From the NCBI GenBank assembly GCA_964016885.1, contig OZ024762.1:5332001-5396000 (forward strand): a DNA stretch of 64,000 bases, given 5' to 3'. A model generated the notes under the pieces. The model was not told where the DNA came from and ran no database searches. It was given only the letters and a program-made list of their open reading frames with translations. Of the stretch, positions 27,310-43,842 are shown in pieces. Source of the stretch: Eledone cirrhosa. Lineage: Eukaryota. Numbering within the stretch: position 1 is the stretch's first letter; every line of letters begins with the position of its first letter. A program made the position numbers and the translations under genes.

Positions 27310-28005
27310 TATGGAAGAGAGATAGAGAAATTGAGAGAGGTGGAGAAGAGAGATAGAGAAATTGAGAGAGGTGGGGAAGAGAGAGAGAGAAATTGAGAGA
27401 GGTGGAGAAGAGAGATAGAGAAATTGAGAGAGGTGGGGAAGAGAGAATAAAAGAAAAGACGGAGGAGGGAGAGATAAACTTAATTTAGAGAGACAAAAAG
27501 AAAGAGAAAGAGAGGAGAAAATACAGAGAAGAGAGAGGTGGAGCTGAAAGAGAGAAAGCAGAGCCGAGGAAAAGAAAACCATAAAGTACATAGAGAGAGA
27601 AAGACAGGGACACAGAGAGAGGGACAGAGAGCGAGAGAAAGAAAGAGAGACAGAGAGGGAAAGAGAGCGAGAGAAAGAAAGAGAGACAGAGAGGGAAAGA
27701 GAGCGAGAGAAAGAAAGACAGACAGAGAGGGAAAGAGAGCGAGAGAAAGAAAGAGAGACAGAGAGGGAAAGAGAGCGAGAGAAAGAAAGAGAGGGAAAGA
27801 GAGCGAGAGAAAGAAAGACAGACAGAGAGGAAAGAGAGCGATAGAAAGAAAGACAGACAGAGAGGGAAAGAGAGCGAGAGAAAGAAAGACAGACAGAGAG
27901 GAAAGAGAGCGATAGAAAGAACGACAGAGCAGAGAGGGAAAGAGAGCGAGAGAAAGAAAGACAGACAGAGAGGGAAAGAGAGCGAGAGAAAGAAAGAGAG
28001 ACTGA
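27310..28005. repeat. GA-rich minisatellites (about 30-bp units)
   Basis: e.g. GAGAGGGAAAGAGAGCGAGAGAAAGAAAGACAGACA repeated. Confidence 0.85.
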
Positions 28006-28456
28006 CAGAAGTAGGAAGAACTAAAGAGACACAAATAAAGAGAGAAAAAAAGACAGAGAGGTGGAGCAAGGGTGGGAAGGAATGAGACGGAGGCGGTGAT
28101 ATAAAAAAAGACATATACAGAGAGAGATAGGGAGGGGGTTAAAGACCATGTATTTGTAGAAGAGGGGGAGGAGAAAAAAGGAAGAGGAAATAGAAAGATA
28201 ATAAAAGAGAGTGAGGAATGGTGTGAGGAGTAAAATAAATTAAAAAGGTAAAGAGCGAAGAAGTGGGTGTTAATAAGTTGGGTGGTGTGGGGGAGTTAAA
28301 GAAAATACTGCACTCATACTTACAGTTACACTCACACTTATAGTTACACTCACACTTATAGTCACACTAACTTAAGGGAACAACAGAGACGGACAGACAG
28401 ACATACACTCACACATACATACGTACAGACGTATGTTAGTACATACATATATATAC

Positions 28457-28575
<119 letters not shown>

Positions 28576-28596
28576 TATATATACATATATATATAC

Positions 28597-28678
<82 letters not shown>

Positions 28679-28679
<1 letters not shown>

Positions 28680-28885
28680 ACAAAGGAAGTGTGGTAAGGA
28701 ACCAGATGGACCATAACGCACCAGAGTACTCAATACTTAGGGTAGTAGAGGAGTCGGAAATAGGAAAAAGTATGACCCCCGACGGCAGAGCTCAAGCCGT
28801 TTCGACGGCTATTTCTAGACGGCTATTTATGTCCAGAAATAGCCGTCGAAACGGCTTGAGCTCTGCCGTCGGGGTCATACTTTTT

Positions 28886-28888
<3 letters not shown>
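28679..28888. mobile_element. Fold-back family A copy
   Basis: Long arm plus short inverted arm; GACGGCTATTT duplicated at the turn; (TA)n flanks. Confidence 0.9.
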
Positions 28889-28933
<45 letters not shown>

Positions 28934-29056
28934 CATATATATATATATACACAGAAGGCGTTGGAGTAACCACTGACATTTCACTCACACTCAAGGATAG
29001 AATTACACCCGTACTCACAATACAATAGAGAAAGAAAGCAAGATATATATATATAT

Positions 29057-29094
<38 letters not shown>

Positions 29095-29315
29095 GGAAAT
29101 AGAGGGAGAAAAAGATGCACTTGTATTTCTAAACATACATACACACACGTAAATGTAGATAAACATGACATTTATGAACACATTCATACATATATACAAA
29201 CATATGTACATACATATACACATATACAACTACCCTTCTGTCCGCGCCCCTCTCTCTCTTTCACACTCTCTCTCTCTATATTATGCGTATCTATATAGTA
29301 TTTACTAATATAAGT

Positions 29316-29375
<60 letters not shown>

Positions 29376-29471
29376 GCATATTTGTGTCTTCGTTTTTGTA
29401 ATTATTTTCCAAGAAATCGTGTATTGAAAAGGATATTGTTATACTTTGGGAACGACATGACTCTCCCAAAG

Positions 29472-29514
<43 letters not shown>

Positions 29515-29533
29515 TTATATTTATATATATATC

Positions 29534-29570
<37 letters not shown>

Positions 29571-29593
29571 ATATTTATATTTATATCTATATC

Positions 29594-29638
<45 letters not shown>

Positions 29639-30285
29639 GGGTGGTGGCGAGCAAAGAAGTAGTGCGCCTGCGCTGTGACACTTTACTCACGCATGCTTGA
29701 TTGCGTTGCACGGCTTGCTTGCTTGTTACATTATCCTAGGTTAGTGGCACTAGGAATTCCCTTCGGATATCCCCTTAAACGTAACCGAAACGAGTGACAG
29801 GGCCAGGGGAAAGGCCTAAAGTAATACAGATCGCTGCGCCCTTCCCTGTCGTCTGCAATTTTATTTCCTTCTCAGTTTCTCCCCTCTCTCTTTACTTTCT
29901 AACTTCCTTTCTTTTTACCTGTCACTAACTACATTCTCTTTTTACTCTTTATAAACTTTCTCTCTTACGCTTTCTCTAATGTCATACTCTTCCTAGTTTC
30001 TCACACTCACATACATACACACATCAAACATACATACATATATACATCATACATACACACATACATACACACATACATACACACATACGCACATACATAC
30101 ACACACATACATATATATACACATACACACATACATGCATATATATACATACATACATGCATATATACATGCATGCATACATACATACATACATACATAC
30201 ACACATACATACATACGCACATACATACATACACACACACATACATACATAATAATATAAGATCAATAATAATACAATATAATAT

Positions 30286-30760
30286 CAAAGATTAGTGAAA
30301 AGGAGAATGTTTATGCAGAACTGATGAGAAATCTGCAGATACTCCACCCTGATTACACCTTCAGATTTATGCCTGTGATTATTGAGGCACTGGGGTATGT
30401 TAGTAACTGCCTCAATACAAATCTTGAGAAGCTAGGCTTCACAGGAACAGAAAGAACACAACTAGTTAGGAAATTACAAGTACAATCCATTAATGGAACA
30501 GTAAAAATATGTAAAACATTCCAAAAATGTTGCATCTAATAACTGCATATACACATGTACAGATACAAAGCATATACACATGCACACATACAACTCAAAA
30601 CATCCACATCCACACATACAATAACATCCATACTACACATGCATGCATACATATCTACCTAGTTGATGTTGTGTAAATTCCAATGAGAGAGTCTTGTGTC
30701 TATGTTAGAAACCGACTCTCTCTCTATTGGTAAAACTTTGTGAAATTATAAAACCATAAG
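30286..30760 (+). mobile_element. R4/Dong-like (restriction-like endonuclease) LINE 3' end
   Basis: KENVYAELMRNLQILHPDYTFRFMPVIIEALGYVS...LQVQSINGTVKICKTF follows the K..KY..L...PVIIGALG pattern; 3' UTR ends in (TACA)n. Confidence 0.75.
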
Positions 30761-31049
30761 AACATACATACATACATGCACACATACACATACATATATA
30801 CACATATACACACATACATGCATATATATCTACATACATACATATATATACACACACACACACACACATACATATACATACATACATACATACATACATA
30901 TCTTCTTTTATACTTTTTTTTATCTCGCCATCCAAGTTCAAATTATCTTCCATTCCTTTCATTCAATTTTACTTTTTCTCCTACAAAAACTTCCTACTTT
31001 GTTATTTTTTGCTGCATTCCTTCTATCTTTCTTTCTTTCTTTAATCATA

Positions 31050-31315
31050 ATTTGTTGTTGTTATTGATGATGGTGGTGGTGATGGTGATGGTGGTGGTGG
31101 TGGTGGTAGTGGTGGTGAAGTTGTTCTTGTTGGTGGTGGTGAAGTTGTTCTTGTTGGTGGTGGTGGAGGTGGTAGTGATGGTGGTGGTGGTGGTGGAGGT
31201 GGTGGTGGTGGTGGAGGTGGTGGTAGTGGAGGTGGTGGAGGTGGTGGTGGAGGTGGTGGAGGTGGTGGAGGTGGTGGTAGTGGAGGTGGTGGAGGTGGTG
31301 GTGGAGGTGGTGCTA
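31050..31315. repeat. (GGT)n trinucleotide tract
   Basis: Visible in sequence. Confidence 0.9.
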
Positions 31316-31858
31316 CCATGAAGGTTAACTTGTCAGTCACGCAGGACACAAGACCAACAATCTCTCTCTATATATATATTGTATTCTTTTACTAGCTTCA
31401 GTAATTTGATTGTAGTCATGCTGGAGCACTTCAGACACACCTACACACCTACACACACATATACAAACACAGACGCACACCCACACGCACACAGACAAAC
31501 ATATACACACACACACACTCACACATACACAAACACACACATATACAAACACACACGCACACCCACACACAGACAAACATATACACACAGACACACTCAC
31601 ACATACACACACGCACACACACGCACACAGACACATACACACATATACACACAGACACTCACACATACACACACGCACACACACGCACACAGACACATAC
31701 ACACATATACACACATGCATATATATACACATACATATATATATATACATGTACACATATACATATATATATATATATATATACATACATATACATACAT
31801 GCATACAAGCATATACACATCCCTCCATACAAATACACACACACATATATATATATAC

Positions 31859-31891
<33 letters not shown>

Positions 31892-31934
31892 CATACACAC
31901 ATATACAGACATACATATATATATATATACTCAC

Positions 31935-31974
<40 letters not shown>

Positions 31975-32260
31975 ACATATACACACATACACACATACAT
32001 ATATACACACATCCATATATACATATACACATACATATATATACATACATATACACACATGCATATATATACACATACATATATATATACATATACACAT
32101 ATACATATACATATATATATATATACAAAAATATACATACATGCATACAAGCATATAAATATCCCTACATACAAATACACACACACATATATATACCAGA
32201 TAGAAAAATGCGTACAGCAAAAAAAAGTAATATTGTTGGAATATAAACCTTTAAAAATAC

Positions 32261-32542
32261 AGGACAAGAAACTAAAATAAAACTTTAAAAGAATAGGACA
32301 AGAAACTAAGATAAAACTTTAAAAGAATAGGACAAGAAACTAAGATAAAACTTTAAAAGAATAGGACAAGAAACTAAGATAAAACTTTAAAAGAATAGGA
32401 CAAGAAACTAAGATAAAACTTTAAAAGAATAGGACAAGAAACTAAGATAAAACTTTAAAAGAATAGGACAAGAAACTAAGATAAAACTTTAAAAGAATAG
32501 GACAAGAAACTAAGATAAAACTTTAAAGAATTGGACAAGAAA
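32261..32542. repeat. 34-bp minisatellite, about 8 copies
   Basis: AGGACAAGAAACTAAGATAAAACTTTAAAAGAAT. Confidence 0.95.
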
Positions 32543-32815
32543 TAAAAAATTTTACAATAATATTAGTGGCAAAATTTTTACATATATTTTTCCATCCATC
32601 CATACATACACACATACATACATACATACATATATACATACATATACACACACATATATATATATAATGAATGACATGGATAAATAAAGGAACACGTATT
32701 AGCAAACAGCTTTAGAAGATAACAACAACAACAACAGCAGCAATCTGTTGCATGGTCCTTATCAGCCTTAAACAACTAAACCCAGGGTAAAGGGATTTCC
32801 AGCTGTGACCAACCA

Positions 32816-32870
<55 letters not shown>

Positions 32871-33264
32871 CATATATATATATATATATATGTGTAAGGA
32901 CAAATATTCACGTTTAAAGATGGCCAAACTTTCACAGTGAAAAACATATATATATGTGTGTGTGTGTGTGTGTGTTTGAGTGTGTGTTTAGAGTGCGCGC
33001 GCGCGTGTGTGTGTATGAATGTATGTGTGTGTGTTTGTATTTATGTATGTATAAAAAAACTGTAACGTTACATTTTTAATCCACCCTTCCCTAAATTTCA
33101 AACCCAATACACCAAAACCTTGTTCAACCTTGATTCACACCAACTTCCAATTAGTCTCAATCAACAGAAGTTATTCAATCTTCTCATAATTAACGTCATC
33201 TACAATTGCACAGCCACCATCGAAAATATCTGATCTAAATGAGGTATTAATTTCAAGGAAGATA

Positions 33265-33680
33265 ATTATTTGTAGTACAAACACAAGGCCAGTAATTTGG
33301 GAGAAGGGGAAAGTCGATTAAATCGACCCAGTACGTTACTAGTACTTTATTTTATCGACCCGTAAGGATGAAAGGCAAAGTTAACCTCGGGGTGGGGGTG
33401 GTGGGGGGTGAAGGAAGATAATACCAGATGTACATTAAAACAAATGTTATTTCCTCTGAAAGGATAGAAAGGTAGTAAATTATTGTCTAATTTTGCACAA
33501 GGCCAGCAAGTTGAAGAGGAAGGGAAAGTCGATTAAATCGACCCCAGTGCGTTACTAGTACTTTATTTTATCGACCCCGTAAGGATAAAAGGCAAAGCTA
33601 ACCTCGGCGAAATTTAAACGCAAAATGTAAAGAGCCGTAACTCTATGCCGCAAAGAATGTCCAATGCTCTACCGATATCA
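33265..33680 (-). mobile_element. Two tandem tRNA-derived SINE (S1) copies
   Basis: TACTTTATTTTATCGACCCCGTAAGGATGAAAGGCAAAG.TAACCTCGG core occurs twice. Confidence 0.85.
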
Positions 33681-33981
33681 TGACAAAGCACGACATAGAA
33701 ATAACTGAGAAAGATGTTAAAAGCCACTCAGCAACCACATCTCTTTTCGTAACGCAGAAAAGGGGAACGCCGCGGTTTTGTGAATCTAAACGTTGGAATT
33801 GCAAGCCAAGGGAATTAACTGCTGTAACATCCGTCGAATCAAACTGAACTGTTGGCTCCAACCAGAGTTTGTAGTCATTTGTTTCAAATAACTATTTCTT
33901 GGAACTTAATCTAACATATCTATTTACATCTTCCTCTCACACTCCACCCCCTACACACACACACACACACACACATACACA

Positions 33982-34028
<47 letters not shown>

Positions 34029-34039
34029 ACACACACTCG

Positions 34040-34099
<60 letters not shown>

Positions 34100-34128
34100 A
34101 TCTCTCTCTCTCACACACACACACACTA

Positions 34129-34164
<36 letters not shown>

Positions 34165-34168
34165 ACTA

Positions 34169-34224
<56 letters not shown>

Positions 34225-34549
34225 GTATGCATACATTAATATATATATTTCACATCACAAATACACATGCGGGCGTACGCATACATACACACACACATAC
34301 ATACACACACATACATACACACACACACACACACATACTGCACCTACACCCATAACTACCACCACCACCACCACTTCAAAAATAGCAGCGGCAACAACAA
34401 CAACAACAACAGAAACACTAATGCTATTTGAAATCCGACCGGATTATATAAGATAAGCCGACTGAATGACAAGGGATTGAACTTGTTACCTCTGGGCTTA
34501 CATGGATGGCCACCACTGGCTCTCTCTCTCTAGATATGTGTGCGTGTGC

Positions 34550-34596
<47 letters not shown>

Positions 34597-34950
34597 CATA
34601 TATACAGGAATATATCTTGTTATCTTAAGTACAGTCTGCTGTGGGGGGGGGGGGGGGGGGGGGGCACACACAATCCGACCACCACCACCACTACCACCAC
34701 CACCACCACCAAGACAACAACCAGCATCAACACAACCACCATCAACACAACCAGCATCAACACAACCAGCATCAACACAACCAGCATCAACACAACCAGC
34801 ATCAACACAACCACCATCATCATCATCCACTCTGTTGTTAAAAGCAATGTAGTCTTTTACCTCCTCCCCCCCCCACACTTATATACATATATACATATGT
34901 ATGAATGTGTATTTACACACACACACAAACACACACACATATTTATATAT

Positions 34951-35100
34951 AAAGGAAAGAGTCAGGACCCCGACGGCTGAGCTCCGGTCGTTTCGACAGC
35001 TAGGTCTGAACGCGTTCCCTATTACCCACTCTACTACCCTAAGTATTGAGTACTCTGGTGCGTTATGGTCGACCTGGTTCCTTACCACAACTCCTTCGTT
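34951..35100. mobile_element. Fold-back family A copy (rearranged)
   Basis: GACCCCGACGGCTGAGCTC...CCTATTACCCACTCTACTACCCTAAGTATTGAGTACTC...CCTTCGTT. Confidence 0.85.
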
Positions 35101-35104
35101 ATTC

Positions 35105-35213
<109 letters not shown>

Positions 35214-35462
35214 AACACAGTAGAAGAAAATATGTTTATTACAAATAGAGTGATTACTTTATACCAGTTTCATCTTGTGAGCTGTTCATGTGTGTATGTG
35301 TGTGTGTGTGTTTGTGGAAGGATAATATGTGTGTGTGAGTGTGTTTATAAAATGGCAAGGTCTCTACAACCGTCGCTCAGCCCAGAGGCGCTCGCTTCTA
35401 CAGAACGTTCGTTGTATATAAAATCAGACATTTTACTGTAAAATATACAAGTCTCTCTCTCT

Positions 35463-35535
<73 letters not shown>

Positions 35536-35577
35536 ACATAGAAAAAACAATCACATTTTTGTTTAATGCATTTAATA

Positions 35578-35622
35578 GCTAACGATCGTTTCTTCCAGAC
35601 AAATGTCTGGAATCATCAGAGC
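35578..35622 (-). ncRNA. Type-I hammerhead ribozyme motif
   Basis: Minus strand: GCT-CTGATGA-TTCCAGAC ATTT GTCTGGAA-GAAA-CGATCG-TT-AGC. Confidence 0.8.
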
Positions 35623-35736
35623 ATATACAATGTTAAAACAAATAAATTCCTAATCCTTATAACATTCATTAAGATACATTCCCTGAGAACTGAGGTATCA
35701 GAGTCATGGAAAGAAATATATATATACGGATGTATG

Positions 35737-35788
<52 letters not shown>

Positions 35789-35937
35789 AAAGGTAAACAG
35801 AAAAAACAACACAATCGGTACAGTATATAGAAGGTATATATATGGTTGACTCCCATTGCTAGAAATAGCAGTCAGGTTGGTTAGAATACTCGCGATGATT
35901 TTCTTCTTCATTGATGTTATAAAATTAGTATCAATAA

Positions 35938-36147
35938 ACCCTTATTCCATTGGTATACCCTTATTCCATTGGTATACCCTTATTCCATTGGTGTACCCTT
36001 ATTCCATTGGTGTACCCTTATTCCATTGGTATACCCTTATTCCATTGGTATACCCTTATTCCATCGGTATACCCTTATTCCATTGGTGTACCCTTATTCC
36101 ATTGGTGTACTCTTATTCCATTGGTGTACCCTTATTCCATTGGTATA
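35938..36147. repeat. 19-bp minisatellite, about 11 copies
   Basis: CCCTTATTCCATTGGTRTA. Confidence 0.95.
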
Positions 36148-36759
36148 CTTACTTTTTGATTGTCACTTTTCGTTTTTGTGTGATGCGCGAAGGAACCAAC
36201 TAACCAACATCTCTCTTTTATATTATGTATAGATACATTGGTGTAGTGTATTTCAAGAAGGTCCATGTTAGAACATGGACTTATGTGATGTGTGTGTATA
36301 TGTATATATGTATGTATACATAAGCATGTGTGTATATATATGTACATCACTGCTTACGATTCGTCCATCCTTCAGAATCACCAAAGACCATCAACTGTGG
36401 CAATAATTATGCTGCTGGTTACAGTTCTCATAAATCTTTCTCCCCTCAAGCTGGACATGTACACATACACACACTTACATACATATACATACACATAAAC
36501 ATACATACATACAAACACACACTTACATACATATACATACACATAAACATACATACATACAAACACACACTTACATACATATACATAAACATACATACAT
36601 ACAAACACACACTTACATACATATACATACATATAAACATAAATACATACATACAAGCATACATATACATGCATGCATAAATATATACATACATACATAC
36701 ATACATGCACAGACACACATACACATAGACGAACGTACACGTATACATATATATATATA

Positions 36760-36818
<59 letters not shown>

Positions 36819-36822
36819 ACAC

Positions 36823-36888
36823 ATTTCTAGTCCAGAAATAGCCATCGAAACGGCTTGAGTTCTGCCGTCGGGGTCAAACATTTTCCTA
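36823..36888 (+). mobile_element. Family A short copy
   Basis: AGTCCAGAAATAGCCATCGAAACGGCTTGAGTTCTGCCGTCGGGGTC...CCTA(TA)n. Confidence 0.8.
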
Positions 36889-36895
36889 TATATAT

Positions 36896-36953
<58 letters not shown>

Positions 36954-37608
36954 TTATGCATACATACATAAATACATAATCATACCTGCACACACTCACA
37001 CACATACACACTCACACTCTGACACATACACACACAAGGACATACATTTGTATCTCTCGCTTACCCCCCTTGCCTTCCTCTCCACAGTCTCATGCTTATC
37101 TAGCCCCCCCCCCTCCCTATACACCTCCCAACTCTCCCCTCCTCCTCTCTCTGACATAGCCTCTCCTTCCCTCCCTGCCTATATACACCACCCAATTCTC
37201 TCTCCTCTCTCTCACTACGCCCCCGCTCTCCTCTGTCTCTCTGACATAGCACCCCCCCCATATACTCACGTCAGCCGTCTCTTCATAGACAATGCCGGAC
37301 AACAACAACGAAGTAGGACAGTGGACGAAATATTTACCCTCCGGCCATCTCCAACTCTCTTCATTATCTCAGAAATTGTTGGAGTTGATTTCTTTCTTTC
37401 TTTCTCTTCCTTGTGTCCTACAATTTACCCAATGTGCTCTGATGTTGGGTTTGAATAGTTTTTAGGAATCCCCAGTTCAGCGGCCAGTACGTTAAAAAAA
37501 ATTGATAGTTACAACAATAAAGGCTGAACAGAGAACACATTTTTTAACAAACTTTACAATAATTTGAACAACCATAATGGAAATTCCAAGTAACAGAAAA
37601 TACATAAA

Positions 37609-37805
37609 TTACATTGTTAGAGCCTCAGAGTATACAATATTTTTTGTTCGGCCCTCGGGAACAAAGATGATGAGATTGTTTGGCGAGCTCACTCTAGAGC
37701 ATCCTACATACAATTGACCACGGGAGAAGCATGGTTTTCCCAGATGAAGGCCAACCACTTTTAGGGTTTGACCCTGAGCTTTGTTGATGGTAATCACGAA
37801 GCTTA
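37609..37805 (-). mobile_element. Helitron PIF1-like helicase C-terminal fragment
   Basis: TINKAQGQTLKVVGLHLGKPCFSRGQLYVGCSRV...TKNIVYSEAL* corresponds to helicase motifs V-VI and the typical RepHel C-terminus. Confidence 0.88.
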
Positions 37806-38020
37806 GTCTCTCTGTTGCTCTAGTAACATCTTTCCTTTTGGAAAATCTGATCTTGCGGCCAGGCTAGGACTTTTTGGGTGGCATATCGGCAGTAACAATG
37901 ACGATACAGTGAAGTGATGGTGGTAGTATCCACCTCGGACACTACCACCATCACTTCACTGTAACTACTACTACTACTACTACTACTACTACCCACACCA
38001 CCATCACCACTTCACTGTAC

Positions 38021-38054
<34 letters not shown>

Positions 38055-38632
38055 CCACACCACCACCACTTCAATGTACCGCCATTATCAATCAACTCCA
38101 CTACCATCGCCATTATAACTTACAGCTTTTATTAACTCTACTCTTGTTGTTCTGCCTCAGGACAGCCATGATCCAGCAGTTCTCCGATCAAAGTCCGTTT
38201 ATCTATAAACCATCCCGTATTTTGTTCAGCCATCTTGTATATATTGCCTGAGAGCTTAATGCTTCAACTGAGCCATCGTTCTTACGTTATTCATATCCCC
38301 CATTCTACCATCTTTGGACGAAGGCCGGAGTTTTTATCCCGCTTTTTCTTCTTCTTGAGCGACTGGAAGTACAAGACTGTCCACCACTTCCTCTACTTGC
38401 CGCCTCCTCCACTCACCTCATCCTAGATGGGGGTGGTGTATAAGGGAAAGGAAAGGAAGGAGGGGTCGTCAGTCGTATGGCTAAGCCTCCTCAGCTGTCG
38501 TTCAGTCTTATTTTCAGTGAACAGGTGCAGCGTGAAATGAAGTGACTTGCTCAAGGAGATTGTTTCGTCGGCATTACTAAAGTATTTGAAGATTATAATT
38601 AAAATATTATTTTAAAGCAGTATAGTTAATAT

Positions 38633-38778
38633 GATTATTTCTATTATAGGCACAATGCCAACAATTTTGAGGGGAGGGGAAAAGTCGATTAAATCGACCC
38701 CAGGTCATTTTGGTACTTTATTTTATCGACCCCGTTAGGATGAAAGGCAAAGCTAACCTCGGCGGGATTTGAACTCAG
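38633..38778 (-). mobile_element. tRNA-derived SINE (S1)
   Basis: Same core as other S1 copies; reverse-complement B box GGGATTTGAACTC. Confidence 0.85.
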
Positions 38779-38792
38779 TTAATATTGTGAGA

Positions 38793-39105
38793 TACGCGGG
38801 TCGGTTGAAAAGTTCATAGGCTGCTTGCAGGCATTAATTTCAACTCTTCTTATTAATAACTACATTGTTTCTTTCCAGGAACTATGTTGAAAAATATACC
38901 TCATTTGGTCATTCCCTGAGAGTATCTTGGTCAGCTTATGAAGAATTGATTCTAGAGTTGTGAAATCTTGCAGGCATTAATTTCAACTCTTCTTATTAAT
39001 AACTGCATTGCTTCTTTCCAGGAACTATGTTGAAAAATAAACCTTATTTGGTCATTCTATGAGAGTATCTTGGTCAGCTTATGAACTTTACAGCTGACAT
39101 TCGTA
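38793..39105. mobile_element. Mariner-type MITE with internal tandem duplication
   Basis: TA-CGCGGGTCGGTTGAAAAGTTCATAGGCTG ... CAGCTTATGAACTTTACAGCTGACATTCG-TA; about 118 bp duplicated (38825-38942 vs 38967-39084). Confidence 0.75.
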
Positions 39106-39249
39106 TGTAATAAAAGACTGATAAGTTTCAAAACGCCAGTACAATGTGGTAGAAATATATGAAGGGCAAATGATGACAAATAAAACAAAACAAATTAATG
39201 TTTTTATCTAGAATAGTTCAGGGCTAACATCGATCGTTCGTATCGGGTG

Positions 39250-40048
39250 TAATATATTTAGAATTAATACATCTGTTGTAATATATTTAGTATTAACACA
39301 TCTGGTATAATATATTTAGAATTGGTATATCTGATATAATATATTTAGAATCAATATATTTAGAGCCACTACTTTTCAGAATTGAGAGATCACAGCTCCG
39401 ATACTATGGGCGTGAGGTTAGAATATTTTAGGAAAGAATCGCTGGACAAATTTTACGGGCAAAACCAACTAACAGGAGACCCAGGTATAATATACATCTG
39501 GTATAATATATTTAGAATCAACACATCTGGTATAATATATTTAGAATCACCACATCTGGTGTATTATATATAGGATCACCACATCTGGTATAATATATAT
39601 AAAATCAACACATCTGGTATAATATATATAAAATCAACAAATCTGGTATAGTATATATAGAATCAACACATCTGGTGTAATATATATAGAATCAACACAT
39701 CTGGTATAATATATATAGAATCAACACATCTGGTATAATATATATAGAATCAACACATCTGGTATACTATATATATAATCAACACATCTGGTATAATATA
39801 TATAGAATCAACACATCTGGTATAATATATTTAGAATCAACACATCTGGTATAATATATATAGAATCAACACATCTGGTATAATATATTTAGAATCAACA
39901 CACCTGGTATAATATATTTAGAATCAACACATCTGGTATAATATATATAAAATCAACACATCTGGTATAATATATTTAGAATCAACACACCTGGTATACT
40001 ATATATAGAATCAACACATCTGGTATATTATATATATAATCAACACAT
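39250..40048. repeat. 29-bp minisatellite
   Basis: ATCAACACATCTGGTATAATATATATAGA; homogeneous over 39480-40048, degenerate upstream. Confidence 0.93.
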
Positions 40049-40730
40049 AGTGTTGTTGTTGATGATGGTGTTGTCGTTGTTGTTGTTGTTAGCGTTGTTG
40101 TTGATGATGGTGTTGGTGGTGGTGTTGTTGTTGTTAGCGTTGTTGATGATGGTGTTAGTGGTGTAGTCGTTGTTGTTGCTACTGTTGATGTTGTTGATGA
40201 TGATGATGGTTGTGATGTTGTTGTTGTTGTAGTTAGTGTTGTTGTTATTGTTCCTGTTGTTGTTGTTGTTGTTGTTACTGTTGTTGTCGCTGTTGATGAT
40301 GTTGGTTGTGGTGATGGTGATGGTGGTGGTGGTGGTGGTGGTTGTGGTTGTGGTGTTGTCGTTGCCGTCGTTACTTGTGTTGATGTTGGTGTTGATGTCG
40401 ATGTTGGTGGTGGTGGTGGTGGTGGTGGTGGTGGCGTTGGTGTTGTCGTCTTCGTCGTTGTTGATACTATTGTCGTCGGCGTCGTCGTCGTCATAACTGT
40501 TGTTGTTGTTGTTGTTGTTGTTAAAGAGCCAGTATATTTCCATAAAGAATGTGTGTTGTATATGGCGACATACTTTTCTGCTGGCTACAGAGTCTCTCCC
40601 GTCGAAATTCTACACACATCATTAACTATATGTCACCAGTCATACACAAATCACTGATTTTGGCTTCCCACCTCGGGATATTGCAGCCGACTTCACCATA
40701 TTTAGCATTATTTTCTTACTTATGCTACTT

Positions 40731-42650
<1,920 letters not shown>

Positions 42651-42736
42651 TGTATGTATCTGTTATATATATTCGTGCATCTTTCTTCCCCGCGGCCTTT
42701 ATACAGCTACATGTATATCACCGCCTTCTAACTAAA

Positions 42737-42793
<57 letters not shown>

Positions 42794-42929
42794 ATTGTTG
42801 CTGAATCTTTAAAATTCTTTTGGCTTGCATTCGCTCCAACTTTTCCCTCAAATAAAAACCTAATTCTCTTGCTGCGAGGTTGGTGTCATACACACACCTG
42901 CGCGCGCATGTATGCATGTATCTATGAAT

Positions 42930-43185
42930 AGGTATGTCTTTATACATCGGACAAACGGGACGCCGTACGGCGGGCCGTTTTGCTGAGCATTTGAGGGACA
43001 TACGACTCGGTTTGGATACACCTGTCGCTCGCCATTTCTGTTCTCCAGCTGATTTTCTCCCCACATGTCTCAGTCCTGGGTGTCCTTTTACATCATGGAT
43101 CACAGGCCTCGTGCACCAGGACCGAACAGAGTCTAATTCACCGCCTTGGGTCCTATTCCCCTCTTGGACTCGACTCACCTTTCCA
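42930..43185 (+). mobile_element. Penelope-like element GIY-YIG endonuclease fragment (frameshifted)
   Basis: LYIGQTGRRTAGRFAEHLRDIRLGLDTPVARHF, then in another frame RTEQSLIHRLGSYSPLGLD (E..LI..LG...P.GLN motif). Confidence 0.85.
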
Positions 43186-43403
43186 ATTTCTTTTAATACC
43201 CCGTCCATTATAACACGCACTTGTACATTCACCCCTAGATTCCTTTCGCTCTCTCATTATCATAAACATATTCTCTTAAAACTAATACAGACCGACGAAA
43301 TATGCACACTCCACTTTTCCCTTCACTGCTCTGTATACACACATACACACCCTTATATTAACATACTTTTGCTCATAGCTTCGTACTTACACTCGTACTT
43401 ACA

Positions 43404-43560
43404 TCCGTTTCGACGGCTATTTCCAGAAATAGCCGTCGAAACGGCTTGAGCTCTGCCATCGGGTTCTTGAACAATTTCCTATTACCCACTCTACTACCCT
43501 AAGTATTGAGTACTCTGGTACGTTATGGTCCACCTGGTTCCTTACTACACTTCCTTCGTT
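43404..43560 (+). mobile_element. Fold-back family A copy
   Basis: CCGTTTCGACGGCTATTTC/CAGAAATAGCCGTCGAAACGG...CTTCCTTCGTT(AT)n. Confidence 0.88.
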
Positions 43561-43613
43561 ATATATATATGTGAGTGTGTGTGAGTGAGTGTGTGTGTGT
43601 GAGTGTGCGTGTG

Positions 43614-43652
<39 letters not shown>

Positions 43653-43695
43653 ACATAAGGCAATTATTTCATTTACCAGTGGTTTCTTAAAAGCA

Positions 43696-43842
<147 letters not shown>

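Noticed and set aside
29735-29860. GGTTA..TAACC-GAAAC..GACAGGG..CCCTGTC-GTC structure
   Set aside because: Helices are plausible but there is no CTGANGA-like core; not supportable as a ribozyme.
37450-37608. Helitron 3' hairpin plus CTRR terminus
   Set aside because: No clear hairpin and CTAG pair identifiable on the minus strand.
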